A DNA stretch of 54,446 nt, taken from Leptolyngbyaceae cyanobacterium (lineage in GTDB: Bacteria > Cyanobacteriota > Cyanobacteriia > Phormidesmidales > Phormidesmidaceae). The position numbers and the translations under genes are program-made. Shown here piece after piece: positions 11,342-20,831 of this stretch. The notes under the pieces were generated by a model. It was given only the letters and a program-made list of their open reading frames with translations, was not told where the DNA came from and ran no database searches. The stretch's first letter is position 1. Each line of letters begins with the position of its first letter. The stretch covers positions 1-54,446 of the forward strand of contig JBHJHA010000031.1 in assembly GCA_050331235.1 (NCBI GenBank), written 5' to 3'.

Positions 11342-12460
11342 TTAGCCCCCAAAGGCTACAGGAAACGTGATTTTCAAAGCAGCGGTCAACAGCAAATTGA
11401 CTAACGAAACTGGCAACAAAAACTTCCAACCTAAGTCAAGGAGTTGGTCGATACGGACACGCGGTACGGTCCAGCGCATTAGCACGGCGAGAAATACCAG
11501 GAAGTAAGCTTTGATCACCGTCATCATGATGCCGATCGCTGCTGCCACAACCTGCAGCCAAGGAGTCGTGTCACTGATACCGATGACGCTAGCCAACCAG
11601 TCAACTGAGACTGGAAACTCCCAACCGCCTAGATACAACACCGAAAAAATCAACGCAGAGAGGACTAGGTTTACATAGGAGCCGACGTAAAACAATCCAA
11701 ACTTCATTCCGGTATATTCGGTTTGATATCCGGCTACCAATTCTTCCTCTGCTTCCGGCAGGTCAAAAGGGAGGCGCTCGCATTCAGCCAAAGCAGCAAT
11801 CCAAAAAATTAGAAATCCCACAGGTTGCCGCCAGACATTCCAACCTAAAATGCCATATCCAGCCTGCTGTTCCACGATGTCTATGGTACTCAAGCTATTA
11901 GACATCAGCACGATCGCCAGTACTGCCAGGGCCAAGGGAATTTCGTAGCTAATGGACTGAGCCGCTGCTCGCAGTCCGCCTAGGAGCGAATATTTATTGT
12001 TAGAGGAGTAACCCGACATCAACAAGCCGATGGGGGTAATGCTGGACAGCGCGATCCATAGGAAAATACCGACTCCAATGTCGGTAATCACCATATTCTG
12101 ACCAAAGGGAACAATGAGGTAAGACAAAAAGACCGGAATTACGACCAGTGCCGGACCGAGTGTAAACAGAATCTGATCGGCCTTGTTGGGCACGATATCT
12201 TCTTTGAATAGAAGCTTGACCCCGTCCGCAGCCGCTTGCAGCGTTCCCAGCGGCCCGACGTACTCAGGCCCGATCCGCTGTTGAGCCGCTGCAGAAATCT
12301 TTCGCTCTAACCATACCGTGACAAAAATGCTGACCGTTGCCGCAATCAAAATCAACGTCATGGGTAGTGGCAGCCATAAAGCCTTCGCTACTCCGGCGGG
12401 TAATCCAAGTTGAGTCAGTAGCTCAACAAAACTTCTCTGGAGATCAATTCCCTGGCCCAT
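11342..12460 (-). CDS. ndhA: NDH-1 subunit A (NuoH)
   Basis: [42 protein letters not shown]. Confidence 0.98.
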   Translation of the reverse strand: MGQGIDLQRSFVELLTQLGLPAGVAKALWLPLPMTLILIAATVSIFVTVWLERKISAAAQQRIGPEYVGPLGTLQAAADGVKLLFKEDIVPNKADQILFTLGPALVVIPVFLSYLIVPFGQNMVITDIGVGIFLWIALSSITPIGLLMSGYSSNNKYSLLGGLRAAAQSISYEIPLALAVLAIVLMSNSLSTIDIVEQQAGYGILGWNVWRQPVGFLIFWIAALAECERLPFDLPEAEEELVAGYQTEYTGMKFGLFYVGSYVNLVLSALIFSVLYLGGWEFPVSVDWLASVIGISDTTPWLQVVAAAIGIMMTVIKAYFLVFLAVLMRWTVPRVRIDQLLDLGWKFLLPVSLVNLLLTAALKITFPVAFGG

Positions 12461-12694
12461 GCAAAAGCCTCAAAATATCAGCGATTAGGTAGCATTTCGT
12501 TACCGTGAATAGTATATCGTTCGATTGTCCTACCCCGCTCCTTTGCGGTCAGGAAGTTCTACCGTTGGGCATAAATCAAGTTCATAGTGAGGATTGAGTC
12601 TGCCGGATATTGCGTCGGCTTAGGGGCGATCGCACAGTCTACGCAGACCTGAGCCCCCGCTTTCAGTCAACTCAGACCGGTCCCAAAAGCGCAG

Positions 12695-12723
12695 CGCGAG
12701 GCGGCTTTTGCCGGCCTCGCGCA
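12695..12723. terminator. GC-rich stem-loop between the DUF1816 gene and ndhA; possible terminator
   Basis: GCGCGAGGC...GCCTCGCGC 9-bp arms; a short T run follows a few nt later on the minus strand. Confidence 0.4.
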
Positions 12724-12844
12724 TCATACAAATCGATGAGGTAATGAACTTCTGGTGACGGTGCCTCTTTAGAGTTAATAGCGCTCAGGTGCAATTCATA
12801 CCGTATGAGCTCACCAAACCGAAGCTGTCATTTTTCAGGTGCCC

Positions 12845-13162
12845 TTAAGACTGACCACTAAATGCTGGCTTAGGGTCAGGTGCCTGACCATCCATCGCCT
12901 CTTCATACACAGTGAGATTATCAGGAGGAGAAGTCAATGTAATGCTTTGAGTTGATAGTACCTTTGACCCTTCTTGATGCAAATCATCCAGATAGCCTTG
13001 CTTACGCTGTTCAGCTTCTGACTCACTATCAAATGGCCCGAAATAATAGGTGCAGGCCGGTGCAGCTGTTTTCACCTCCAGCCACCACTTCTCATTAGCG
13101 TCAGATTTAGAGTCAAATAGAAACCCGAAAAGCCTTTTTAATATGTTTGCCATAGTGCGCAC
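12845..13162 (-). CDS. DUF1816 family protein
   Basis: WWLEVKT..P.CTYYFGPF....EA....GYLDDL..EG motif; follows rlmB. Confidence 0.85.
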   Translation of the reverse strand: MRTMANILKRLFGFLFDSKSDANEKWWLEVKTAAPACTYYFGPFDSESEAEQRKQGYLDDLHQEGSKVLSTQSITLTSPPDNLTVYEEAMDGQAPDPKPAFSGQS

Positions 13163-13234
13163 TCATCAAACTCTGCTTTGTCAAAATACGTTCAGTAAAT
13201 GGCGTCGTTTCGGCACCAAGAAGTTTATACTCTG

Positions 13235-14260
13235 TCACTTTGCTTTTTGCAAAGAATTTAGATCAAGTCGCCCTTGCCACTGCTGTCGATAAATCTCATA
13301 CAGCGCCATGCCAGTGGCCACTGATGCATTCAAACTAGCCGTTTTCCCCGCAAGTGGAATTGAGACAACTTCGTCACAGTTCTGCTGAACTAGCAGACTC
13401 AAGCCGTCACCTTCAGCGCCAACCACCAATACCGTAGCACCACTAAATTCCACGGTATGTATTGGGTGATTCGCTTCGGCAGCCAGACCGTAAATCCAGA
13501 AATTTTCGGCCTTGAGGGTCTCTAAGGCCTGCCGTAGATTCACCACCCGCGCAATTGGAAGATGCTCAATTGCGCCGGTGGCAACTTTTGCCACTGTAGA
13601 AGTAACTCCAGCAGCTCGTCGCTGGGGGATGATGAGCCCCTGCGCCCCCAACGCTTCGGCGCTGCGAATAATCGCGCCCAAATTATGTGGATCAGTAATG
13701 CTATCGGCCGCTAGTAAAACAGGCCGCTTGGTCGCTTGTTTAGCTTGGGCAATCAGCGCATCCAGTTCCCAATAGTCATAGGGAGCAACTTGGGCAACGA
13801 TACCTTGATGGATTTGCCCCTGGGCGATTTGATCTAGGCGTCGAGAATCAACCTCATCAATGACAACTCCATTAGCTTTGGCGTTATCAATCAGGGGCAA
13901 AAATCGGCCGTCGTAGCGATAGCGACTGTTGACCCATAAGCGATTGAGGGTTCTCTCCCCTTCAAGGGCAGCTTGAATGGCATGACGGCCAAAAATCATA
14001 TCGGGTGATTCTTGACTCGTCTCAACGTCAGCAGGGGCTGAGAAATCCGAACGATCGCGTTTAACAGGCTTGTCAGGACGGGGGCGATCGCTCTTACCGT
14101 AGCTGGTGCGTCGTTCGCCGCGGGGCTTTCGAGAAAAGCGATCCTTGCCAAACCGATTGCCGCCGCTGCGCTTAGGGCGATCCCCAGACGTTTTTTTGGG
14201 GCGATCGCTCCCTGAGCGCGGGCGATCAGACTTATTTGTAGGGCGCGGGCGATCGCTCAT
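13235..14260 (-). CDS. rlmB: 23S rRNA (Gm2251) 2'-O-methyltransferase RlmB
   Basis: [34 protein letters not shown] (SPOUT); ATG 14260 preferred. Confidence 0.95.
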   Translation of the reverse strand: MSDRPRPTNKSDRPRSGSDRPKKTSGDRPKRSGGNRFGKDRFSRKPRGERRTSYGKSDRPRPDKPVKRDRSDFSAPADVETSQESPDMIFGRHAIQAALEGERTLNRLWVNSRYRYDGRFLPLIDNAKANGVVIDEVDSRRLDQIAQGQIHQGIVAQVAPYDYWELDALIAQAKQATKRPVLLAADSITDPHNLGAIIRSAEALGAQGLIIPQRRAAGVTSTVAKVATGAIEHLPIARVVNLRQALETLKAENFWIYGLAAEANHPIHTVEFSGATVLVVGAEGDGLSLLVQQNCDEVVSIPLAGKTASLNASVATGMALYEIYRQQWQGRLDLNSLQKAK

Positions 14261-14335
14261 AGACTTGACCTCCAATGCAGTTGACAAAAATTACGAACCA
14301 ACTTGCTCCAACTACCCGCAGGCAGGCTCTAAGCG

Positions 14336-14827
14336 TCATTCTGGCCTCACCGCCAGCGGACTCTGATCAGTGATGGGTAGGTGGGATAGGACCTCCAGCA
14401 GGCGCTGCGAATCAGCCAAATAGAGATAACCCAACAGTGCCTCAAAGGCAGTGGCTTGCCGATAATCCTGCAAACTCGCCCGCACCTTGCGACCCGATGC
14501 CGCATTTCGCGCTCGCCTCAGTAAATCCAGTTCCACAGCTAACAAATGAGGAATGAGGATTTCTAAATACTGCGCTTGCTGCTCAGCCCGCACATGCTGC
14601 ACGACCTGCTGATGAAAAGCCCCCGCCCGTCGCGGCGGCAACAACAGTCGACTGCGCACAAACAGTTCATATACGGCATCGCCGATGTAGGCCAGAGCCA
14701 GTGGTGATAGTTTACGCAAATCATCAGGCGATAGCCTGCTATCTACGGCGCTGTGCCGACCAACAACGAAATTGTTAAAGCCTGAGTTAGGAAGCTTGAG
14801 TTCATCTTCCGGGGAGTGCTGGGTCAT
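14336..14827 (-). CDS. mrnC: Mini-ribonuclease III
   Basis: [32 protein letters not shown]; no dsRBD. Confidence 0.92.
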   Translation of the reverse strand: MTQHSPEDELKLPNSGFNNFVVGRHSAVDSRLSPDDLRKLSPLALAYIGDAVYELFVRSRLLLPPRRAGAFHQQVVQHVRAEQQAQYLEILIPHLLAVELDLLRRARNAASGRKVRASLQDYRQATAFEALLGYLYLADSQRLLEVLSHLPITDQSPLAVRPE

Positions 14828-14874
14828 ACTTTTTCCTCAGTTCCCCTGAGCAAACGCCTGCCGATGCCACCACC

Positions 14875-15237
14875 CTAACTCAGGTTTGAGACGGCCTCAT
14901 CCACCGAAGGCTGAATCGACAAGAACTTTTCTAGGCGCACAAGCTTGACTGTTTGCATAACCCGAGGATTCGCAATGAGCTGTAAACTGCCTTGAGCATC
15001 CTTTGCCTTTTTAACAAGCTGCACCAAAGCCCCCAAACCAGAACTATCGACAAAGTCGATTCCAGAGAGGTCCAGAATCAAGTGACTAGGGCCTTGGGTC
15101 ACTAAGTTCCCAATCACCTTACGAAACGTTGGTTCTGAGAAAGCATCCAAAAGCCCGGTGAGGCGAAATATTTGACAATTGGCCCTAACTTCTCTGGTGC
15201 CTCTTAAACTTACGGTTAGGGTGAGTTGTTCAGCGAT
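14875..15237 (-). CDS. STAS-domain anti-sigma factor antagonist (probable ATC start)
   Basis: LDLSGIDFVDSSGLGALV; frame extends 29 codons upstream of TTG 15150 (LTLTVSLRGTREV..FRLTGLLD) to ATC, with GGAGG 6 nt upstream. Confidence 0.88.
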   Translation of the reverse strand: MAEQLTLTVSLRGTREVRANCQIFRLTGLLDAFSEPTFRKVIGNLVTQGPSHLILDLSGIDFVDSSGLGALVQLVKKAKDAQGSLQLIANPRVMQTVKLVRLEKFLSIQPSVDEAVSNLS

Positions 15238-15539
15238 GGGAAACCTCCCAGTAGGTCACTCATGTAAATTGAGTCCTAAGTATAGGTCAGGATTTTAGCA
15301 ACCGCAAGCCATCCATCAGCCCTCAATTTTCGCCCCTCAAACGAAGGCTCCCTGCCCGTTTCAGAAACCTCCTCGGATTTTGGCTACGCAAATGCTGGAA
15401 AAGCTCAGCCGAGTTGCCCAAGTCCCATCATCGCAAAAATCTGTATAGTTTATTGAGTGATACTACACCCGTATTACATAGTCATTAAATTATGGGGTAG
15501 TTTAAGAACACATTGTCGAGTCTGGAGGTGTCTTCACCC

Positions 15540-15884
15540 ATGCCCACGCTTTCCCGTGCATCCACAACTGATATGGAAGTGACCAGCATCCGGTTGGAGA
15601 AGGAGTTGAAAAACAGCTTGAAAGCGATCGCGGGTAATCGCGGCTATCAAGCCTTAATTCGGGAAATCCTCTGGGCCTATGTTGAGCAGCAATCTGGCGA
15701 CTACAGTGGCAATCTGACTCAACAAGATATTCGCGCGACAATTCCTGCGACGGCGGAACGAGCTGAACGCTGTTTGCTCACGGGGGTCACCATCGCCCCT
15801 GGGGAAGCCATGGTGTTAGGACTGACCCCCCAGGGTGCCCTGGTTCCCCTTTGTCAGGCTGCGGCCAAAAACCTTCCGACATAG
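15540..15884 (+). CDS. Conserved cyanobacterial ribbon-helix-helix-like protein
   Basis: VTSIRLEKELKNSLK..GYQALIREILWAYV fits an RHH pattern; GGAGG upstream of ATG 15540. Confidence 0.7.
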   Translation: MPTLSRASTTDMEVTSIRLEKELKNSLKAIAGNRGYQALIREILWAYVEQQSGDYSGNLTQQDIRATIPATAERAERCLLTGVTIAPGEAMVLGLTPQGALVPLCQAAAKNLPT

Positions 15885-15999
15885 GGCTGTGGCAAGCTGC
15901 CGTCAGGCTCCAACGCTTGTCATCGCTAGCTGACTATGACGAAGGCTTTGCACCTTTCTACTCTCCACCGTACGCCTGAATAATCGCCGATCTACGAAG

Positions 16000-17355
16000 C
16001 TATTTGTCAGCGGCTGATTGACGGGTGCGATGGCAAAAGCGATGGTCTAAACGGGCATTTTCGGGAATGGGTTTGGGCTGACGCCAGTAGTCGGGGATGT
16101 GGGCGATCGCGGCATCGTCAACATTCTCTATCGGTTTCCAGCACACGTGACAAGTGGAGTGCTTGTCAAATAACTTTTGTTTGAACTCGAGGGAAAATGT
16201 CCGGGGTTGGCCCGTTTCTAGTCCGATCAACTGGTCTAGCCGGCTGCGCCAAACCTCGGCTCGATATTTAATGCGATCCGTGCGGTCGGTACTAGTGCTG
16301 ATATAGTCCACAAACTGCTTATCCGTATTGAGCAAATTGAGAAATTCTTCTCGAATGTGATCTTTGATCGGCAAAATTTGTTCCAGGGTGTAGTAGCTAA
16401 AGGTGTACAAAATCGTGTCCCACAGCGCTACATTTAATCGCGATTTTTCCCATGTCCCGTTGGGATTGTAGGCATTGCCGGGGTAGTAGCGTCGAAAGGC
16501 TTTTTCCTGAAAGACGGCATAGGCCATCTCGATGGACGACTCAAATACTTGACGCATTTCGGCGAGGGCCTCATCACTGAGTTGCCGATGCTGCTCCATT
16601 TCAGTGTTGAGAAAGCGTTTGGTCGGTCCCTTGTAATTGCTGTGGGTGTTGCGCCACATAGCAAAAAATCGCAGCAGCAACTGGCGATCCATCATGCGGC
16701 TGTGGGGCTCTTTAGATTGAAAAATTCTGAGCAGGTATTCATTTTGGCTGAGCGATCGCAGGAGCTCATTGTAGTTACCTCGATAGACGCAATTGCGGAC
16801 TTCCTGGTCATTAAGCTTTTCGGCTCCCAGATTGAGCCGCTCGAATACCTCAAACTTCACATCAGGGTCAGAATCTTTTTCGATAATGATGAGTCGCAGG
16901 ATGAAGTTAAGAATTTCTTCCTGGAGTTCGATGGGTAAATCAGTAAAGGTCTTCCGGTTGAGATCCTTAAGCACCTGCAGACCCGATAGCTTAAATTTTT
17001 GACCGTCGGGAAATGCACCATTCACAAAAGAACAAATGCTGGTCAAGCGCTGTTGCCCGTCTACCACGGAATAGGTGCGATTGGTTTCTTCCGAAACGTA
17101 AATCACAGGAATCGGGATCGCCAATAATAGCGACTCCACTAAGCGGCTGGCTTTGCCGCTGTTCCACACATAATTGCGCTGAAAATCTGGCTGTAGATTA
17201 AGCTTGCCGCGATTGACCCAGCTAACTAGCGTCTCAACGGGGAGATCCTGCTTTTCGGTTTTGACACGGCGTTTGGCAGGGTCAATTTCGAGAGGGGTGT
17301 CATCCTCTATTTCTTCAATGACCAGCTCATTGGTGGGCGTGTTGGCATCAACCAT
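16000..17355 (-). CDS. DUF262 (GmrS/ParB-like) domain protein with C-terminal HNH-like domain
   Basis: PDFQRNYVW, LVESLLLAIPIP, VVDGQQRLTS, VFERLN; C-terminal CHVC..H..N..HRFC. Confidence 0.88.
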   Translation of the reverse strand: MVDANTPTNELVIEEIEDDTPLEIDPAKRRVKTEKQDLPVETLVSWVNRGKLNLQPDFQRNYVWNSGKASRLVESLLLAIPIPVIYVSEETNRTYSVVDGQQRLTSICSFVNGAFPDGQKFKLSGLQVLKDLNRKTFTDLPIELQEEILNFILRLIIIEKDSDPDVKFEVFERLNLGAEKLNDQEVRNCVYRGNYNELLRSLSQNEYLLRIFQSKEPHSRMMDRQLLLRFFAMWRNTHSNYKGPTKRFLNTEMEQHRQLSDEALAEMRQVFESSIEMAYAVFQEKAFRRYYPGNAYNPNGTWEKSRLNVALWDTILYTFSYYTLEQILPIKDHIREEFLNLLNTDKQFVDYISTSTDRTDRIKYRAEVWRSRLDQLIGLETGQPRTFSLEFKQKLFDKHSTCHVCWKPIENVDDAAIAHIPDYWRQPKPIPENARLDHRFCHRTRQSAADK

Positions 17356-17758
17356 AGTAGAGAGACCGGGTCGGGCTTCACGTCAAGGATACGTCAAAGT
17401 GGAAAAGCAGAATGCTTGCCAGGGGCGATATAGAACACAACTAGCGTGACCGGTGCTCAAGCAGGGGGCAAAGGGCGGGGGCTCCTTAAATTTAGCCAAT
17501 GCACCTACACCTCACCGACTTGGTGACGTATTGCTCTTGCTCATCTTTTTCGCGAGGGACGGTTGGCAAAGGGCTATCGCAAGGTCAGACATCAGTCCAA
17601 TTGAGGTGGATTCATGGCATCAAGGACACAAGCTCTGCAGCGATTGAGGACACACTTTGAGCAGAGACATCAGCTCCCCTCGGGCTGGAGACTGCTCTCC
17701 CTTCGCGGTAGACTAAGCCTCTGTTGTCTAAACAGGACATTTGAAGGGGATTGCCAAG

Positions 17759-18550
17759 ATGAGCTTTTTGATTGGTCTGGCCGTCGGCCTCGCGTTGGGA
17801 GCGACCGTTACTTATTTTCTGACATCCAAAAAAGCCGTCACTCAATCGGCCAAGGTCCAGGACTTGCAACGCCAGCTTGCCCTGGCCGAATCAGAGTATG
17901 AGCGTCAACTGCGGGAAGTGAGCGCCCAGAGACAACCAACCCCGTCATCACAGGGGTTAGCATCTTCTGCTCATCCGCCAAAGACGAGCCGTATGTCGAT
18001 TGGCCAGCCGTCTTCCCCTGAATCATCTAAAGCAGTGCCTGCTCCCCCCACCGAACCTGTCGTCACTAACCCGACCCCCATTACCGCCACAGCGGCAGCT
18101 CCGATACCTCAAACAACAGCTCAGCCGTCCTCGACTCCAAAGCCACCTACCCCGACTCCGACAACTTCTCAAAAAAGTCGTTCATCTACTGGGGTGAACG
18201 ATCCAAATGTGGTACTGGCCGCCAGCTACTCTCCTGATGCGGCGAAGCGTCGCGAGGTTGCTGAGGTCATTGGTTTAACGCTGGAAAAATCAGGTAAATC
18301 CGCACAGACCCGGTGGTTGCCGATCTTAACCCGGCTCACTCGTGACCCCGATGCCCAAGTGCGTCTATCGGCTGTGCAAGCCCTCGCCCCGGTATCCCCT
18401 GCCAAACGGCTGCCGCTGCTGCGTCAAGCGCTACGCGATGCAGACCCGACAGTTGTGGAGGCGGCAAGCGCACTAATCAATCAATCTCGGGGGCGATCGC
18501 GCCCGCCCCAGCCTAAGGCAAAAAAGCGCCGGCTACCGAAAAATCGATGA
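17759..18550 (+). CDS. Membrane-anchored HEAT-repeat protein
   Basis: N-terminal TM, coiled coil, Pro/Thr/Ser linker, HEAT repeats (DPDAQVRLSAVQAL, DADPTVVEAA). Confidence 0.8.
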   Translation: MSFLIGLAVGLALGATVTYFLTSKKAVTQSAKVQDLQRQLALAESEYERQLREVSAQRQPTPSSQGLASSAHPPKTSRMSIGQPSSPESSKAVPAPPTEPVVTNPTPITATAAAPIPQTTAQPSSTPKPPTPTPTTSQKSRSSTGVNDPNVVLAASYSPDAAKRREVAEVIGLTLEKSGKSAQTRWLPILTRLTRDPDAQVRLSAVQALAPVSPAKRLPLLRQALRDADPTVVEAASALINQSRGRSRPPQPKAKKRRLPKNR

Positions 18551-18674
18551 TTTTGCGATCCCCGTCCACAGCACCATGAGAAAACCGACACCAACGCGCC
18601 GATGAGACGGCAAAGCATCCGTTTGGCTAAGACGGTTTTGTCAGCCCGTCCCATCGGCGTTGGCAATGAATGAC

Positions 18675-18911
18675 TTACAGATTGGCGTGGGAGCCGTCGC
18701 AATAGGGAGCATTACCCGTGTGCTTACACTGGCAGAGCGCCACCTGCTGTTTTTCTTCCACGGTGAACTTGATAGGTGTGAAGCCTGTATCTTGGTGCGC
18801 TCCATTGCAAAAAGGCTGATTATCAGAGTTGCCGCAGGTGCAATACCAATAGGTGCCTGACTCTAGCTCCATCACTTTGGGCTGTTTAGCCGCAACATTC
18901 GGATCGGTCAT
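18675..18911 (-). CDS. CDGSH iron-sulfur (NEET/MiNT-like) protein
   Basis: Two motifs: YCTCGNS..PFCNGAH and LCQCKHT..PYCDGSH. Confidence 0.93.
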   Translation of the reverse strand: MTDPNVAAKQPKVMELESGTYWYCTCGNSDNQPFCNGAHQDTGFTPIKFTVEEKQQVALCQCKHTGNAPYCDGSHANL

Positions 18912-19061
18912 GGATTGATTCTCCTCTTGGGTAGGTCAGAGGCGATCGCAGGACAGTCGCGATCGCCCCATTGTCGGTTGAGAAGTCCCTGCGGGGATTT
19001 CTCAGTTTGTGAGGGAGCCGTCACCAAACAGTCTCAAACAAAGGATCCCCCAAAATCAGCG

Positions 19062-19766
19062 CTAGGCCGCCATATCAAATAGCAGCACTTCTGCATGGTC
19101 GCTATTGCCGATCAGCGTCAGCCGGGTCTCTGGGTCAATAGCGGCCCCATCTCCGGCGGTCAGGGCATGGCCATTGAGATCGATAGCCCCTTGGGCCACG
19201 TGCACCCAAGCTTGATGGCCTGCACCCAACGCATACTCGACTGTGGCACCCGGCTGCAGCACAGTGGCATACAATTCGAGATCTTGGTGAATGGTAACAG
19301 CCCCATCGCGCCCATCACGTGCCCCCACTAACCGCAGTTGATTTTGTTTTTCCTCGGGGGCAAAGTAAGTTTGCTCATATCCGGGCTCGATACCTTTAGC
19401 CTCCGGCAAAATCCAAATTTGCAGAAAGTGCACTGGGTCAGCATCTGAAGCGTTGTACTCACTGTGCAAGATACCGGTTCCCGCTGACATCCGCTGAACG
19501 TCTCCAGGGCGGATGATGGAACCATTGCCAATACTATCTTTGTGAGCCAGTCCACCGTCGAGCACATAGGAGATGATCTCCATATCGCGATGCCCGTGGG
19601 TCGAGAACCCCTGACCGGGAGTCACCTTATCTTCGTTGATGACGCGCAGGCTCCCAAATCCCATGTGGGCGGGATCGTAATAGTTGCCAAAGGAAAAAGT
19701 GTGACGACTGTCGAGCCAACCGAAATTTGCTTGGCCGCGAGCATTACCAGGACGAATTGTAATCAT
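19062..19766 (-). CDS. Pirin family protein (YhhW-like)
   Basis: [35 protein letters not shown]. Confidence 0.95.
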   Translation of the reverse strand: MITIRPGNARGQANFGWLDSRHTFSFGNYYDPAHMGFGSLRVINEDKVTPGQGFSTHGHRDMEIISYVLDGGLAHKDSIGNGSIIRPGDVQRMSAGTGILHSEYNASDADPVHFLQIWILPEAKGIEPGYEQTYFAPEEKQNQLRLVGARDGRDGAVTIHQDLELYATVLQPGATVEYALGAGHQAWVHVAQGAIDLNGHALTAGDGAAIDPETRLTLIGNSDHAEVLLFDMAA

Positions 19767-19887
19767 TGGCAGACCTCCTTTGCGGGTGTCATCGATTTCC
19801 TTACGACAAATCCATTATGTATCGAATCAAATCAAAAGACAATACAATATATAGGCGACACTTTGTCTCTATTTGATTGACAATCCT

Positions 19888-20784
19888 ATGGATAAGCTTG
19901 AAAGTATGCGGGCGTTTGCTCAAGTGGTTGAATCGGGTGGATTTGCCGCGGCAGCTCGCAAAATGGGGCTGTCGCGCTCAGCGGTCAATAAGCTCGTGAT
20001 CAATTTGGAAGAAGCTTTGCAGGTGCAGCTCTTGCAGCGAACGACCCGCAAGGTGACGCCCACGCCCACTGGATTGGGATTTTATGAGCGCTGCGTCGCT
20101 ATCCTCGCCGAGGTGGCCGAAGCTGAATTAGCTGTCAGCAACTTGCAAACCAAGCCCCAAGGACAACTCCGCGTCAATGCGCCGATGACCTTTGGCACTC
20201 GCTATCTATCCCCACTGATTGCTCAGTTTTTGGAACACTACCCTGAGCTGCACATAGAGTTGAGTCTGAGCGATCGCTTCATTGACCCCATCGACGAGGG
20301 CTTTGATGTCACTTTGCGCATCGCTCAACCCGCCAACATTGGCAGCTTGATTGTGCAAGAGCTGACTCCGGCACCGGTGATTTTGTGCGCCGCACCGAGC
20401 TATCTCAGCCGAGTCCGCCCCCCGGAGACGCCCCAAGATTTGTCTCACCAAGCCTGTTTGACCTATGGGCATCTCTCCGCCGAAAAACCCTGGACGTTGA
20501 TCGGTCCCGATGGTGAGCACCGCGTCAATGTGGATGGCCCGCTGTGCGCCAATAATGGAGAAGTGCTGCAAGCTGCCACTCTACAGGGGTTAGGGATTAC
20601 GCTGCTGCCGCGCTTTATCGTACAAGCTGATTTGCAAGCGGGGCGATTGATTCACGTCATGGCAGATTACCAGGGACCGCCTATCTCTATCTGTATGCTC
20701 TATCCAGTTAACCGCCATCTGTCGACCAAGGTCAGGCTACTGGTCGATTTCATTGCCACTCGTATCGGCGAGCAAATGGAGTGA
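19888..20784 (+). CDS. LysR-type transcriptional regulator divergent from the pirin gene (PirR-like arrangement)
   Basis: [32 protein letters not shown], CrgA-like substrate domain. Confidence 0.94.
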   Translation: MDKLESMRAFAQVVESGGFAAAARKMGLSRSAVNKLVINLEEALQVQLLQRTTRKVTPTPTGLGFYERCVAILAEVAEAELAVSNLQTKPQGQLRVNAPMTFGTRYLSPLIAQFLEHYPELHIELSLSDRFIDPIDEGFDVTLRIAQPANIGSLIVQELTPAPVILCAAPSYLSRVRPPETPQDLSHQACLTYGHLSAEKPWTLIGPDGEHRVNVDGPLCANNGEVLQAATLQGLGITLLPRFIVQADLQAGRLIHVMADYQGPPISICMLYPVNRHLSTKVRLLVDFIATRIGEQME

Positions 20785-20831
20785 TGCATTACCCATTGCA
20801 GGTTAGAGCTGGGCTGAGATATTTTGCCTGA

